Below, piece by piece: positions 1 to 7,983 of a stretch of 24,000 nt of DNA; positions within the stretch are counted from its first letter, which is position 1, and the number at the start of each line of letters is the position of its first letter. Location: assembly GCF_900113015.1 (NCBI RefSeq), contig NZ_FONV01000011.1:374034-398033 (forward strand), written 5' to 3'. The notes beneath the pieces were generated by a model. The model saw only the letters and a program-made list of their open reading frames with translations. It was not told the origin of the DNA and did not search any database. This DNA is from Actinoplanes philippinensis (lineage in GTDB: Bacteria; Actinomycetota; Actinomycetes; Mycobacteriales; Micromonosporaceae). A program made the translations under genes and the position numbers.

Positions 1-323
1 ACGACCCGGCAGAGGGGGCCGACGACCCGGCGATGGTCGCCGACGAGTCAGCCGACGGCACCGGCCCGGCAGAGGGCGCCGACGAGCCGGCAGGGGACAC
101 CGGCGATCCGGCGGCGGGCGATCCAGCGGACGGCGCTGCAGCAGCGGGCGATCCGGCAGGAGGCGCCGACGATTCAGCGGCGGTTGCCGTGGGTTCGGCG
201 GCGGGGGTGACGGCGGGTTCCACGAACCCCATTGTTAACCACGTCGCTGAAACGGGACTCAGCCCGTCCTCGGATGCCAGGATCGGAGGCATCACTGCCC
301 CGCAACGTCGCGAGGAGGCCGCC

Positions 324-1349
324 GTGCCCGCCCGAGTCCCCCAGGATCTCGACCGCAACATCGCCCTCGACCTCGTCCGCGTGACCGAGGCCGCCGCCAT
401 GGCGGCCGGTCGCTGGGTCGGCCGAGGTGACAAGAACGGCGGTGACGGCGCCGCCGTCGACGCCATGCGCAAACTCATCAACTCGATCCAGATGCGCGGC
501 GTCGTCGTCATCGGCGAGGGTGAGAAGGATGAAGCGCCGATGCTCTTCAACGGGGAGCAGGTCGGTGACGGCACCGGGCCGGAGGTGGACGTCGCGGTCG
601 ACCCGATCGACGGCACCACCCTGATGAGCAAGGGCATGCCCGGTTCGATCGCGGTGCTCGCGGTCGCCGAGCGGGGCGCCATGTTCGACCCGAGCGCGGT
701 CTTCTACATGGACAAGATCGCCGTCGGGCCGGACTGCGCCGACGTGGTCGACATCGACGCCGGGGTGACGGAGAATCTGCGGCGCATCGCCAAGGCCAAG
801 CGGTCCAGCGTCTCCGACGTCACGGTGTGCATCCTGGACCGTCCGCGTCACGCGAAGCTGGTCGAGGAGGTGCGACAGGCCGGCGCCAACATCAAGTTCA
901 TCTCGGACGGTGACATCGCCGGAGCCATCTCGGCGGCCCGGCTCGAGTCCGACGTCGATGTGCTGATGGGCATCGGCGGCACCCCCGAGGGGATCACCGC
1001 GGCGTGTGCCCTGAAATGTCTGGGCGGCACGATCCAGGCGAAACTGTGGCCGCTCGACGACGCCGAGCGGGAGAAGGCGATCGCCGCCGGTCACGACCTC
1101 GACCGGGTCCTCTCCACCGACGATCTGGTCACCGGCGACAACTGCTTCTTCGTCGCCACCGGCGTGACCAGCGGCGACCTCCTCAAGGGGGTGCGCTACC
1201 GCTCGGGCGGCGCGCACACCCAGTCGATCGTGATGCGGTCCAAGAGCGGCACGATCCGGGTCATCGACTCGTACCACCGGCTGGAGAAGCTGGCCCTCTA
1301 CTCGGCCGTGGACTTCGACGGGCACCTGCCGACAGTTCCGCTGTCCTGA
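324..1349 (+). CDS. glpX: Class II fructose-1,6-bisphosphatase (GlpX)
   Basis: ORF track frame 33..1349. Conserved GlpX-type sequence [63 protein letters not shown] and [16 protein letters not shown] at 324 is preceded by GCGAGGAGG, and family homology begins right after it, so I prefer this start over 33. Confidence 0.93.
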   Translation: MPARVPQDLDRNIALDLVRVTEAAAMAAGRWVGRGDKNGGDGAAVDAMRKLINSIQMRGVVVIGEGEKDEAPMLFNGEQVGDGTGPEVDVAVDPIDGTTLMSKGMPGSIAVLAVAERGAMFDPSAVFYMDKIAVGPDCADVVDIDAGVTENLRRIAKAKRSSVSDVTVCILDRPRHAKLVEEVRQAGANIKFISDGDIAGAISAARLESDVDVLMGIGGTPEGITAACALKCLGGTIQAKLWPLDDAEREKAIAAGHDLDRVLSTDDLVTGDNCFFVATGVTSGDLLKGVRYRSGGAHTQSIVMRSKSGTIRVIDSYHRLEKLALYSAVDFDGHLPTVPLS

Positions 1350-1374
1350 CCATTTCCGGTCAAAACCTCTTGGG

Positions 1375-1472
1375 GGTACGGCCAGTTCGTCCCGCAGAAC
1401 GTGGGCCGTCCCCCGGCTCCCCCGCGACGCGGGACGCCGGTCCGGACCGCAGCGCGCCCGCCGGGCTGATGC
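1375..1472 (+). repeat. Arm 1 of a ~100-nt imperfect inverted repeat (repeat family copy 1)
   Basis: Core 1392-1433 (ccgcagaacgtgggccgtcccccggctcccccgcgacgcggg) matches the reverse complement of 1675-1716 at 39/42. 1448-1466 (cgcagcgcgcccgccgggc) matches the reverse complement of 1643-1661 exactly. The outer edge GGTACGG (1375-1381) matches CCGTACC (1728-1734). Confidence 0.85.
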
Positions 1473-1540
1473 GGCCGGACGGCGGCCTGTGGCGTTGATC
1501 ACGCCACGAGCCGGCGCACCTAAACACGGCCGACGCGGCG

Positions 1541-1600
1541 CGAACCCGAGCGGCGCGGCGCGAACCCGAGCGGCGCGGCGCGAACCCGAGCGGCGGGGCG
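1541..1600. repeat. Three tandem copies of a 20-bp unit cgaacccgagcggcgcggcg
   Basis: Read directly: 1541-1560 and 1561-1580 are identical; 1581-1600 differs by one base. Confidence 0.95.
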
Positions 1601-1635
1601 GGCGGCAGCCAGGGGACGCGCCGCCCGGCGACCAT

Positions 1636-1734
1636 CGCATCCGCCCGGCGGGCGCGCTGCGACCGGGAGCGCCGCCCGCGTCGCGGGGGAGGCAGGGGAC
1701 GGCCCAGGTTCTGCGGGGCGGGCCGGACCGTACC
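1636..1734 (-). repeat. Arm 2 of the ~100-nt imperfect inverted repeat (repeat family copy 2)
   Basis: Reverse complement aligns along its length with 1375-1472; see arm 1. Confidence 0.85.
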
Positions 1735-1744
1735 CCGGAATGGT

Positions 1745-2362
1745 CTAACGCCGCCGGAAGACGACCGCCGCGACCACCCCGCCGAGCAGCCCGAGCAGAT
1801 GACCTTGCCAGGAGATGCGCTGGTCGGTGGGGAGGACGTTGAAGAGCTGGTACCAGTAGAGCAGGCCGATGAACGCGGCGACCGCGAAGTGCCACCAGCT
1901 GCGCTCGACCACGCCGCGGGCCAGCAGCAGGCCGAGGTAGCCGAAGATGACACCGCTGGCGCCGACGACGACGGTGCCGGGATCGCCGATGAACCAGACG
2001 CCGACGCCGGCCACCGCCATGATCAGCACGGTCGACCAGATGAACCGGCGCGCGCCGCCGGCCAGGACGAACGTGCCGAGCAGGATGAGCGGGACCGCGT
2101 TGCCGTAGAGATGCTCCCAGCCGTCGTGCAGGAACGGGCTGAACAGGATGCCGTCGATGCCCTCCACCGAGCGGGGGATGATGCCGCCGGCCAGGTCGAG
2201 GGTGCCCGGGCCGAGCCCGATGTCGATCACCTCGATCAGGAACAGGGCCGGGATCACGGCGCACATCGTCACGAAGGCGCGCCCCAGCGACGCGTAGAAG
2301 GCCTCGGTGCCGAACCGTCCGGCCTCGTCGGAGCGTGCGGCCGTCGCCCATTCGTAACCCAT
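1745..2362 (-). CDS. Rhomboid family intramembrane serine protease
   Basis: Within ORF 1745..2530. Hydrophobic segments, GASG (GxSG serine motif) in VVVGASGVIFGYLG and a later GHLLGLLGG histidine motif. Family-like sequence begins at MGYEWATAARSDE, so start about 2362. Confidence 0.85.
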   Translation of the reverse strand: MGYEWATAARSDEAGRFGTEAFYASLGRAFVTMCAVIPALFLIEVIDIGLGPGTLDLAGGIIPRSVEGIDGILFSPFLHDGWEHLYGNAVPLILLGTFVLAGGARRFIWSTVLIMAVAGVGVWFIGDPGTVVVGASGVIFGYLGLLLARGVVERSWWHFAVAAFIGLLYWYQLFNVLPTDQRISWQGHLLGLLGGVVAAVVFRRR

Positions 2363-2406
2363 GTCGTCGATGGTGGCAGGGCGCGGCGAGCACGGCCACC
2401 CGGGCA

Positions 2407-3183
2407 TCAGCTCAGACGGCGCACGGCGGCCTCGATGTCGGCCCGGAATGTTGCGATCTGCGTGTAGACGCCGAAGTAGCCGTCGCGGGCGCAGCCGAGT
2501 CCCCAGCTCACGATGCCGACCTGCACCCATCGGCCGAGGCGGTCGCGGCGGACCATCGGGCCGCCGGAGTCGCCCTGGCAGGTGTCGACGCCGCGGCGGC
2601 CCGCGCAGATCGACTCGTCACGGACCAGTTCCACGCCGGCCTTGCGGTAGGCGTCCGCGCACTCCTTGTCCGGAATCGTGGGCACTGTCGCGTAGTGCAG
2701 CTGCCGGGCCTGTTCCAGCGACGTCTCGGTGGTCTGCCCCCAGCCCATCACCGTGAACCGGCCGGCGGTGACGTCGTCGGGGGTCAGCGGCAGGGTCGGC
2801 AGGGGCAGTTCACGGTCGAGGCGGACGACCGCCCAGTCGTCGCCGCTGGTCTCGGTGACGAAGTCCGGGGAGCGGTAGACCTCGGCCGACTTGACGATGA
2901 TCGCGGTACGGGAGTCCAGGTCGCTGGCGCCGGCGGTCACCAGGATCCGCTCGTTGGGGCCGGTCGGGCCGACGCAGTGCCCGGCGGTGAGGACGACCCG
3001 GGGCGCGGTCAGCGCGCCGCCGCAGCCCATCGAGAGGCGGACCGCCCAGGGGAACCGCCCATCCCCGGCGATCTTGCCGCCGACGACGGTGCGCCCCGGT
3101 GGCCGGCCCGCATCCGCCCCGGCCGGCACCTCAGCGCCCGCCAGGACACACGCCAGGAGGCAAATCGCCGCTTTCCGGAGCAT
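2407..3183 (-). CDS. Secreted trypsin-like serine protease (S1 family)
   Basis: N-terminal signal-like segment MLRKAAICLLACVLAGA; catalytic motifs LTAGHCV, DDWAVVRL and GDSGGPMV; Asp six residues before the catalytic Ser (VDTCQGDSGG) implies trypsin-like specificity. Confidence 0.9.
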   Translation of the reverse strand: MLRKAAICLLACVLAGAEVPAGADAGRPPGRTVVGGKIAGDGRFPWAVRLSMGCGGALTAPRVVLTAGHCVGPTGPNERILVTAGASDLDSRTAIIVKSAEVYRSPDFVTETSGDDWAVVRLDRELPLPTLPLTPDDVTAGRFTVMGWGQTTETSLEQARQLHYATVPTIPDKECADAYRKAGVELVRDESICAGRRGVDTCQGDSGGPMVRRDRLGRWVQVGIVSWGLGCARDGYFGVYTQIATFRADIEAAVRRLS

Positions 3184-3203
3184 GTGGACATTTGATCACA
3201 GCA

Positions 3204-3239
3204 CGACGGGGCCACGCGGAAAGCCGCGCAGCCCCGTCG
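3204..3239 (-). terminator. Symmetric hairpin downstream of the transglycosylase-like gene
   Basis: CGACGGGG-cca-CGCGG-aaag-CCGCG-cag-CCCCGTCG; starts about 10 nt beyond the minus-strand stop codon at 3249-3251. Confidence 0.7.
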
Positions 3240-3248
3240 CGAGGTTCG

Positions 3249-3962
3249 TCAGTACCAGCCCACGTTCTGCGAGTGGCTCCACGCGCTGCACGGGCTGCCG
3301 TAGCGGCCCTTGATGTAGCCGAGACCCCACTTGATCTGCGTGGCCGGGTTTGTCTTCCAGTCCGAGCCCTCCGACGCCATCTTGTCGCCGGGCAGCGCCT
3401 GCGGGATCCCGTACGCCCCGGAGCCGCTGTTGAGGGCCTTGTAGTTCCAGCCACTCTCCTTTTTCCACAGCTTGTCCAGGCACGGGAACTGGTCGATCTT
3501 GAAGCCGTCCTCGAGCATGAGCGCGCACCCGGTCTTGCGGCTGCCGCTGTACTCGTTGCAGGAGGCGGGGATCGGGCCGGTGTAGCCGACCGGACCGGCG
3601 GCCTCCTCGGCCTTCTTGGCCTTCTCGGCCTCCTTGGCCTCGATGACCTCTTTCTCCAGCTTGCGCGCCTTGGAGGCGGCGGACTGAACCTCGGTGGCGG
3701 CCTTGGCGGCGGCGGCCTCCTCGGCGACCACGCGGTGCGCACGGGCGGCGGCGTGGTCGGCCTGGCGCGCCTTCAGCAGCCGCATCTCGTCCTCGTTGGC
3801 CTGCAGGACGAGCTGCGCCTGCGCGCTCTGCTGCTGGACGTCCCGGTTCTGGCCCAGGTACACACCACCGGTGAGACCCAGAACGAGAAGACCGACCGAG
3901 GCCGCACGGACACCCATCCGGCTCCAGAGCCGCTTCACGAAGAATCCCTTCGTCGGGGGCAA
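3249..3962 (-). CDS. Lytic transglycosylase domain-containing (aggregation-promoting-factor-like) secreted protein with coiled coil
   Basis: N-terminal hydrophobic segment (AASVGLLVLGLTGGVYLG), long Ala/Glu/Lys-rich helical region, C-terminal LNSGSGAYGIPQALPGDKMASEGSDWKTNPATQIKWGLGYIKGRYGSPCSAWSHSQNVGWY typical of this domain. Confidence 0.82.
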   Translation of the reverse strand: MPPTKGFFVKRLWSRMGVRAASVGLLVLGLTGGVYLGQNRDVQQQSAQAQLVLQANEDEMRLLKARQADHAAARAHRVVAEEAAAAKAATEVQSAASKARKLEKEVIEAKEAEKAKKAEEAAGPVGYTGPIPASCNEYSGSRKTGCALMLEDGFKIDQFPCLDKLWKKESGWNYKALNSGSGAYGIPQALPGDKMASEGSDWKTNPATQIKWGLGYIKGRYGSPCSAWSHSQNVGWY

Positions 3963-4065
3963 GGAAGCGGCGCGTCATCGCCCCGGCCGGGGCGGACCGC
4001 GCCGCATGTTGCTCGCCGAACACCATGGCGCAACGTGAAGTGGATGTGAAACGCCAGCGTGGCTA

Positions 4066-4081
4066 TGTGACTTTAGTCACT
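4066..4081. promoter_or_regulatory. CRP/GlxR-like palindromic operator TGTGACTTTAGTCACT
   Basis: Matches TGTGA-N6-TCACA at 9/10 half-site positions; about 104 bp upstream of the minus-strand gene starting at 3962. Confidence 0.6.
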
Positions 4082-4136
4082 CGACTTACCGGGTGAATCC
4101 GGTACGAAACAGCCACGCCGGCGTTCTCACGATCGT

Positions 4137-5597
4137 CTACAGCGGGATTTCCTCCAGGAGGTCGGTCACCACCTCTGCAATCGGCGAACGCTCCGACCGG
4201 GTGAGGGTTACGTGCGCGAAAATCGGATGACCCTTCAGCGCCTCGATCACCGCGGTGACGCCGTCATGCCGGCCGACCCGCAGGTTGTCGCGCTGGGCGA
4301 CGTCATGGGTCAGCACGACCCGCGAGTTCTGCCCGATCCGGGACAGCACGGTGAGCAGCACGTTGCGCTCCAGCGACTGCGCCTCGTCGACGATCACGAA
4401 GGCGTCGTGCAGGCTCCGGCCGCGGATGTGGGTCAGCGGCAGCACCTCGAGCATGCCGCGGGCCAGCACCTCCTCGACCACGTTGGCGTGCACCACCGCG
4501 CCGAGGGTGTCGAAGACCGCCTGCGCCCAGGGCGACATCTTCTCCGACTCGCTGCCCGGCAGATAGCCCAGCTCCTGGCCGCCGACGGCGTAGAGCGGGC
4601 GGAACACCACCACCTTCTTGTGGCGGTTGCGCTCCATCGTCGCCTCCAGGCCCGCGCAGAGCGCCAGCGCCGACTTGCCGGTGCCGGCCCGGCCGCCCAG
4701 CGACACGATGCCGATCTGCTCGTCCAGCAGGATGTCCAGCGCCACCCGCTGCTCGGCCGAACGGCCCCGCAGCCCGAACGCGTCCCGGTCACCGCGGACC
4801 AGCTTGATCGACTTGTCCGGGTTGACCCGGGCCAGCGCCGAGCCACGCGGCGAATGGATCACCAGGCCGGTGTGGCAGGGCAGGTTGTCCGCCTCCTCCA
4901 CCTCCAGCTCCTCGCCGGAGTAGAGCGAGACCACCTGCTCCTCGGTCAGCTCCAGATCGGCCATGCCGGTCCAGGTCGGGTCGCTGGCCTGGCCGTGCCG
5001 GTACTCGTCGGCGGTGATGCCCACCGACGCCGCCTTCACCCGCAGCGGCATGTCCTTGCTGACCAGCGTCACCTCACGGCCCTCGGCGGCCAGGCCCAGC
5101 GCCACCGAGAGGATGCGGGTGTCGTTCGAGTCGTTGCGGAACCCCTGCGGGAGCACGCTCTGATCAGCGTGGTTCAGCTCGACCCGCAGCGTGCCGCCCT
5201 CGTCGTTGCAGAGCACCGGCTGGTCCAGGCGGCCGAACTTGATCCGCAGCTCGTCCAGCATCCGCAGCGACTGCCGGGCGAACCAGCCCAGCTCGGGGTG
5301 GTGACGTTTGCCCTCCAGCTCGGAGATGACCACGAGAGGCACGACCACCTCGTGGTCGGTGAACCGGCGGAAAGCCGCCGGGTCGGACAGCAGGACCGAA
5401 GTGTCCAGGACGAAGACCCTGCCGGCAGTGGCGGGTTCCGCGTCGGCGTGCCTGTCCCGGGTCCTACGGCGACCCGATGTGGCACTGCTGCTGGAGACTT
5501 TGTCGGCCGGGTTCTGGTCGACCCCGGCATCGGTACGGCGAGATGTCACAGGCCTGCTCCAGCGGGCGTGCAACCCGGTCCGCCCGCGGTCCGCCAC
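4137..5597 (-). CDS. PhoH family protein with N-terminal PIN domain
   Basis: PIN-type start [37 protein letters not shown]; PhoH ATPase with Walker [16 protein letters not shown] and [11 protein letters not shown]. True start probably within 5500-5560; not resolved. Confidence 0.88.
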   Translation of the reverse strand: MADRGRTGLHARWSRPVTSRRTDAGVDQNPADKVSSSSATSGRRRTRDRHADAEPATAGRVFVLDTSVLLSDPAAFRRFTDHEVVVPLVVISELEGKRHHPELGWFARQSLRMLDELRIKFGRLDQPVLCNDEGGTLRVELNHADQSVLPQGFRNDSNDTRILSVALGLAAEGREVTLVSKDMPLRVKAASVGITADEYRHGQASDPTWTGMADLELTEEQVVSLYSGEELEVEEADNLPCHTGLVIHSPRGSALARVNPDKSIKLVRGDRDAFGLRGRSAEQRVALDILLDEQIGIVSLGGRAGTGKSALALCAGLEATMERNRHKKVVVFRPLYAVGGQELGYLPGSESEKMSPWAQAVFDTLGAVVHANVVEEVLARGMLEVLPLTHIRGRSLHDAFVIVDEAQSLERNVLLTVLSRIGQNSRVVLTHDVAQRDNLRVGRHDGVTAVIEALKGHPIFAHVTLTRSERSPIAEVVTDLLEEIPL

Positions 5598-5813
5598 CTA
5601 CCGGTCGCCGGCCCTCTGCACGGGGTCGGATTGCGGTCCCCGTGGCGCAGTCGTCGCAGGTCCGGGCCGACCGGCTGGCCCGGGACGACCCCGTGCCATG
5701 ACTCAAACGCTAGCGGTCAACTACGTCCCGCGGTAGTGCGCAAAATCGGGCACCGGAGGGTGACGCTCGCCTCCCGCCCGAATCGCCGGGCATAAAAGAC
5801 GACCTGCCGCGGG

Positions 5814-5819
5814 TAATCT
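5814..5819 (+). promoter_or_regulatory. Putative -10 element (TAATCT) for a leaderless otsB transcript
   Basis: TAATCT ends 7 nt before the GTG at 5827; no Shine-Dalgarno-like sequence precedes the start. Confidence 0.45.
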
Positions 5820-5826
5820 GACTCCC

Positions 5827-6633
5827 GTGGCAGAGACTGCGCGTCCGATACACCCGCTGACCACCGACGAGGCGTGGGCGTTCACCGCTTCACGCGCCTC
5901 CGCGACCACGTTCTTCTTCGACTTCGACGGTGTCCTCTCCCCGGTCACCGACGACCCCGACGCCTCCCAGCCGGTGCCCGAGGTGCTCGGCGTCCTCGAT
6001 CGTCTGGCCGACTCGGTCGCCCGAGTGGCGATCGTCTCCGCCCGGCCGGTCAGTTTCCTGCGCTCCCGCTTCGAGTCCCTCGACAACGTCGACCTGCACG
6101 GCCTCTACGGCCTCGAGGTGTGGCACGACGGCCAGGTCGTCACCGAGTCCGCCGCCCTCGAGTTCGTGCCCGCCATGACCGAGCTGGCCGAGCAGGCCCG
6201 CACCGAGCTGCCCGCCGAGATCCTCGTGGAGTACAAGAGGTTGTCGGTCGCCCTGCACTACCGCACCGCCCCCGACCAGAGCCGCGCCGTCGAGCGCTGG
6301 GCCCACGAGCAGGCCGAGCGTCTCGGGCTGCGCATCCAGCACGGCCGCATGGTGGTCGAGCTGAAGCCACCCGTCGACCAGGACAAGGGCATGGTCATCA
6401 CCGAGGGCGTCCGCAACGCCGGCTGCGCCTGGTATTTCGGTGACGACATGTCCGACATCAAGGCGTTCGACGCGCTGCGCGCCCGCGAGGCCGTCGACCC
6501 GGCGTTCTTCGGCATGGCCGTCGCCGTCGCCAACCCCGAGACCGGCGCCGAGGTCTCCAGCGCCGCCGACCTCACCCTCGAATCCCCCGACGCGGTGGCT
6601 GCCTTCCTCACCGAGGGCCTGCGCCGCTTCTGA
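5827..6633 (+). CDS. otsB: Trehalose-phosphatase
   Basis: HAD motif FFFDFDGVLSPV, VAIVSARP, GLYGLEV, VVELKPPVDQDKG and YFGDDMSDIKAF. Confidence 0.92.
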   Translation: MAETARPIHPLTTDEAWAFTASRASATTFFFDFDGVLSPVTDDPDASQPVPEVLGVLDRLADSVARVAIVSARPVSFLRSRFESLDNVDLHGLYGLEVWHDGQVVTESAALEFVPAMTELAEQARTELPAEILVEYKRLSVALHYRTAPDQSRAVERWAHEQAERLGLRIQHGRMVVELKPPVDQDKGMVITEGVRNAGCAWYFGDDMSDIKAFDALRAREAVDPAFFGMAVAVANPETGAEVSSAADLTLESPDAVAAFLTEGLRRF

Positions 6634-6644
6634 CCCCTTTGTGC

Positions 6645-6747
6645 GGTACGGGTCAGGTCGCCTCCGGAGACGTGGGTCGCCCCGCGGTGGCCCACGCGAG
6701 GTCCGCGGTGGGTCACGGCCGCGGCGCGCCCGCCGGGCTGAATGCGG
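6645..6747 (+). repeat. Repeat family copy 3 (diverged), same layout as 1375-1472
   Basis: Begins ggtacgg and ends cgcgcccgccgggctga-atgcgg. 6724-6741 is identical to 1452-1469 (18 nt). Starts 11 nt after the otsB stop codon. The middle is weakly conserved (gacgtgggtcgcccc vs aacgtgggccgtccc). Confidence 0.65.
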
Positions 6748-6800
6748 TGGTCCCGCTCACCCTGGCACCCCGCTGATCGCGACAGGCCCCTCCACCCGAG

Positions 6801-6875
6801 CCCGGCCGCCGGACGGAGTGCCAACGGTCCTGGCCGAAGGGCGAGCCGGCCCCGGCCGCCGAACGGAATGCAACT
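6801..6875 (+). repeat. Short imperfect direct repeats (cccggccgccGgacggagtgccaac / cccggccgccGaacggaatgcaac)
   Basis: 6801-6825 vs 6851-6874; the first 11 nt are identical and most of the remainder conserved. Confidence 0.6.
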
Positions 6876-7054
6876 GTCCCGGCCGCCTGACGGGACGCGA
6901 CGGCCCGGCTCACCTGTCCAGCCGGCTGAACGCGACGATCGCGCGGCTCAGCACCGGCCCGAACGGCCGGGGCGGCGTCGGGTGGCACGGGGAGTCGCGG
7001 GACGGCGTGGTGCGGTTGGGGAGTGGTGGCCGTACCACATCCGCGGTTGGGTTT

Positions 7055-7825
7055 TCAGGCGCCGTAGCGGCGTTGGCGTGACGCGTAGGAGCGCAGCGCC
7101 CGCAGGAAGTCGATGCGGCGGAAGTCGGGCCAGTTGGCGTCGTGGAAGTAGAACTCGGAGTGGGCCGACTGCCACAGCAGGAACCCGGACAGGCGCTGCT
7201 CGCCGCTGGTGCGGATGACCAGGTCGGGGTCGGGCTGGCCGCGGGTGTAGAGGTGTTCGGCGATGTGTTCGACATCCAGGGTCTCGGCCAGCTCCTCGAT
7301 GGTGCCGCCGGTGGCGGCGTGCTCGTAGAGCAGGGAGCGGACCGCGTCGGTGATCTCGCGGCGGCCGCCGTAGCCGACGGCCATGTTGACCTCGACGCCG
7401 TCGCAGCGGTCGCGGGTCTTCTCCTGGGCGGCCTTCAGCGTGGCGGCCGTCGCGGCGGGCAGCAGGTCGAGGGCGCCGACCATCCGGAGCCGCCAGGGGT
7501 TGCCCTCCTCGGCGAGCTCGGTCGCCAGATCCTCGATGATCTTGACGAGGGGGTCGAGCTCGGCGGCCGGGCGGCGCAGGTTGTCGGTGGCCAGCAGGTA
7601 GAGCGTGACGTGCTCGATGCCGGACTGGTCGCACCAGGACAGCAGGTCCTTGACGCGGGTGGCGCCGACGCGGTGGCCGTCGTTGGGGTCGACGAAGCCC
7701 ATCTCCCGGGCCCACCGCCGGTTGCCGTCGCACATCACGCCGATGTGCTGGGGCACGGGCTTGCCGGCCAGCTTCCCCGCCAGCCGCCGCTCGTAAAAGG
7801 TGTAGACCAGAGAACGCAGACTCAT
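7055..7825 (-). CDS. uppS: Isoprenyl transferase (polyprenyl/undecaprenyl diphosphate synthase family)
   Basis: IGVMCDGNRRWAREMGF, HRVGATRVKDLLSWC, LYLLATDNLRRP, NMAVGYGGRREI, LVIRTSGEQRLSGFLLWQSAHSEFYF. Start at MSLRSLVYTFYERRL (7825), not 8278. Chain-length specificity cannot be inferred. Confidence 0.92.
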   Translation of the reverse strand: MSLRSLVYTFYERRLAGKLAGKPVPQHIGVMCDGNRRWAREMGFVDPNDGHRVGATRVKDLLSWCDQSGIEHVTLYLLATDNLRRPAAELDPLVKIIEDLATELAEEGNPWRLRMVGALDLLPAATAATLKAAQEKTRDRCDGVEVNMAVGYGGRREITDAVRSLLYEHAATGGTIEELAETLDVEHIAEHLYTRGQPDPDLVIRTSGEQRLSGFLLWQSAHSEFYFHDANWPDFRRIDFLRALRSYASRQRRYGA

Positions 7826-7931
7826 CACCCCAAAGCGTAGCCACCCCCGCCGAAGGCTCAAGCGGGGCGGCCCGGCATGGGGCCATCTGCGAGGAGGATG
7901 CGCCCGATCGTGCGACCGTGCGCATCCGCCG

Positions 7932-7981
7932 ACCGGCCGGTCCCGCCCGCGGCGCCGTTGCCGTGAGCGGGACCGGCCGGT
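7932..7981 (-). terminator. Perfect 15-bp stem hairpin immediately downstream of pckG
   Basis: accggccggtcccgc (7932-7946) is the exact reverse complement of gcgggaccggccggt (7967-7981); 20-nt loop; 2 nt from the pckG stop (7984-7986). No T-tract. Confidence 0.8.
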
Positions 7982-7983
7982 TG

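Noticed and set aside
1541-1600. Possible CRISPR array
   Set aside because: Units are contiguous 20-bp tandem copies without spacers and there are no cas genes.
174-2399. 741-aa minus-strand ORF antisense to glpX
   Set aside because: Arg/His/Gly/Ala-rich shadow ORF typical of high-GC DNA; the plus strand has unambiguous GlpX homology.
2335-3195. 286-aa plus-strand ORF opposite the S1 protease
   Set aside because: Mirror-frame artefact; no domain-like sequence, while the minus strand has the full catalytic triad.
6742-7081. Plus-strand ORFs in the otsB/uppS spacer
   Set aside because: Several frames open at once, all Arg/Pro/Ser rich; explained by GC-rich repeat sequence, not coding.
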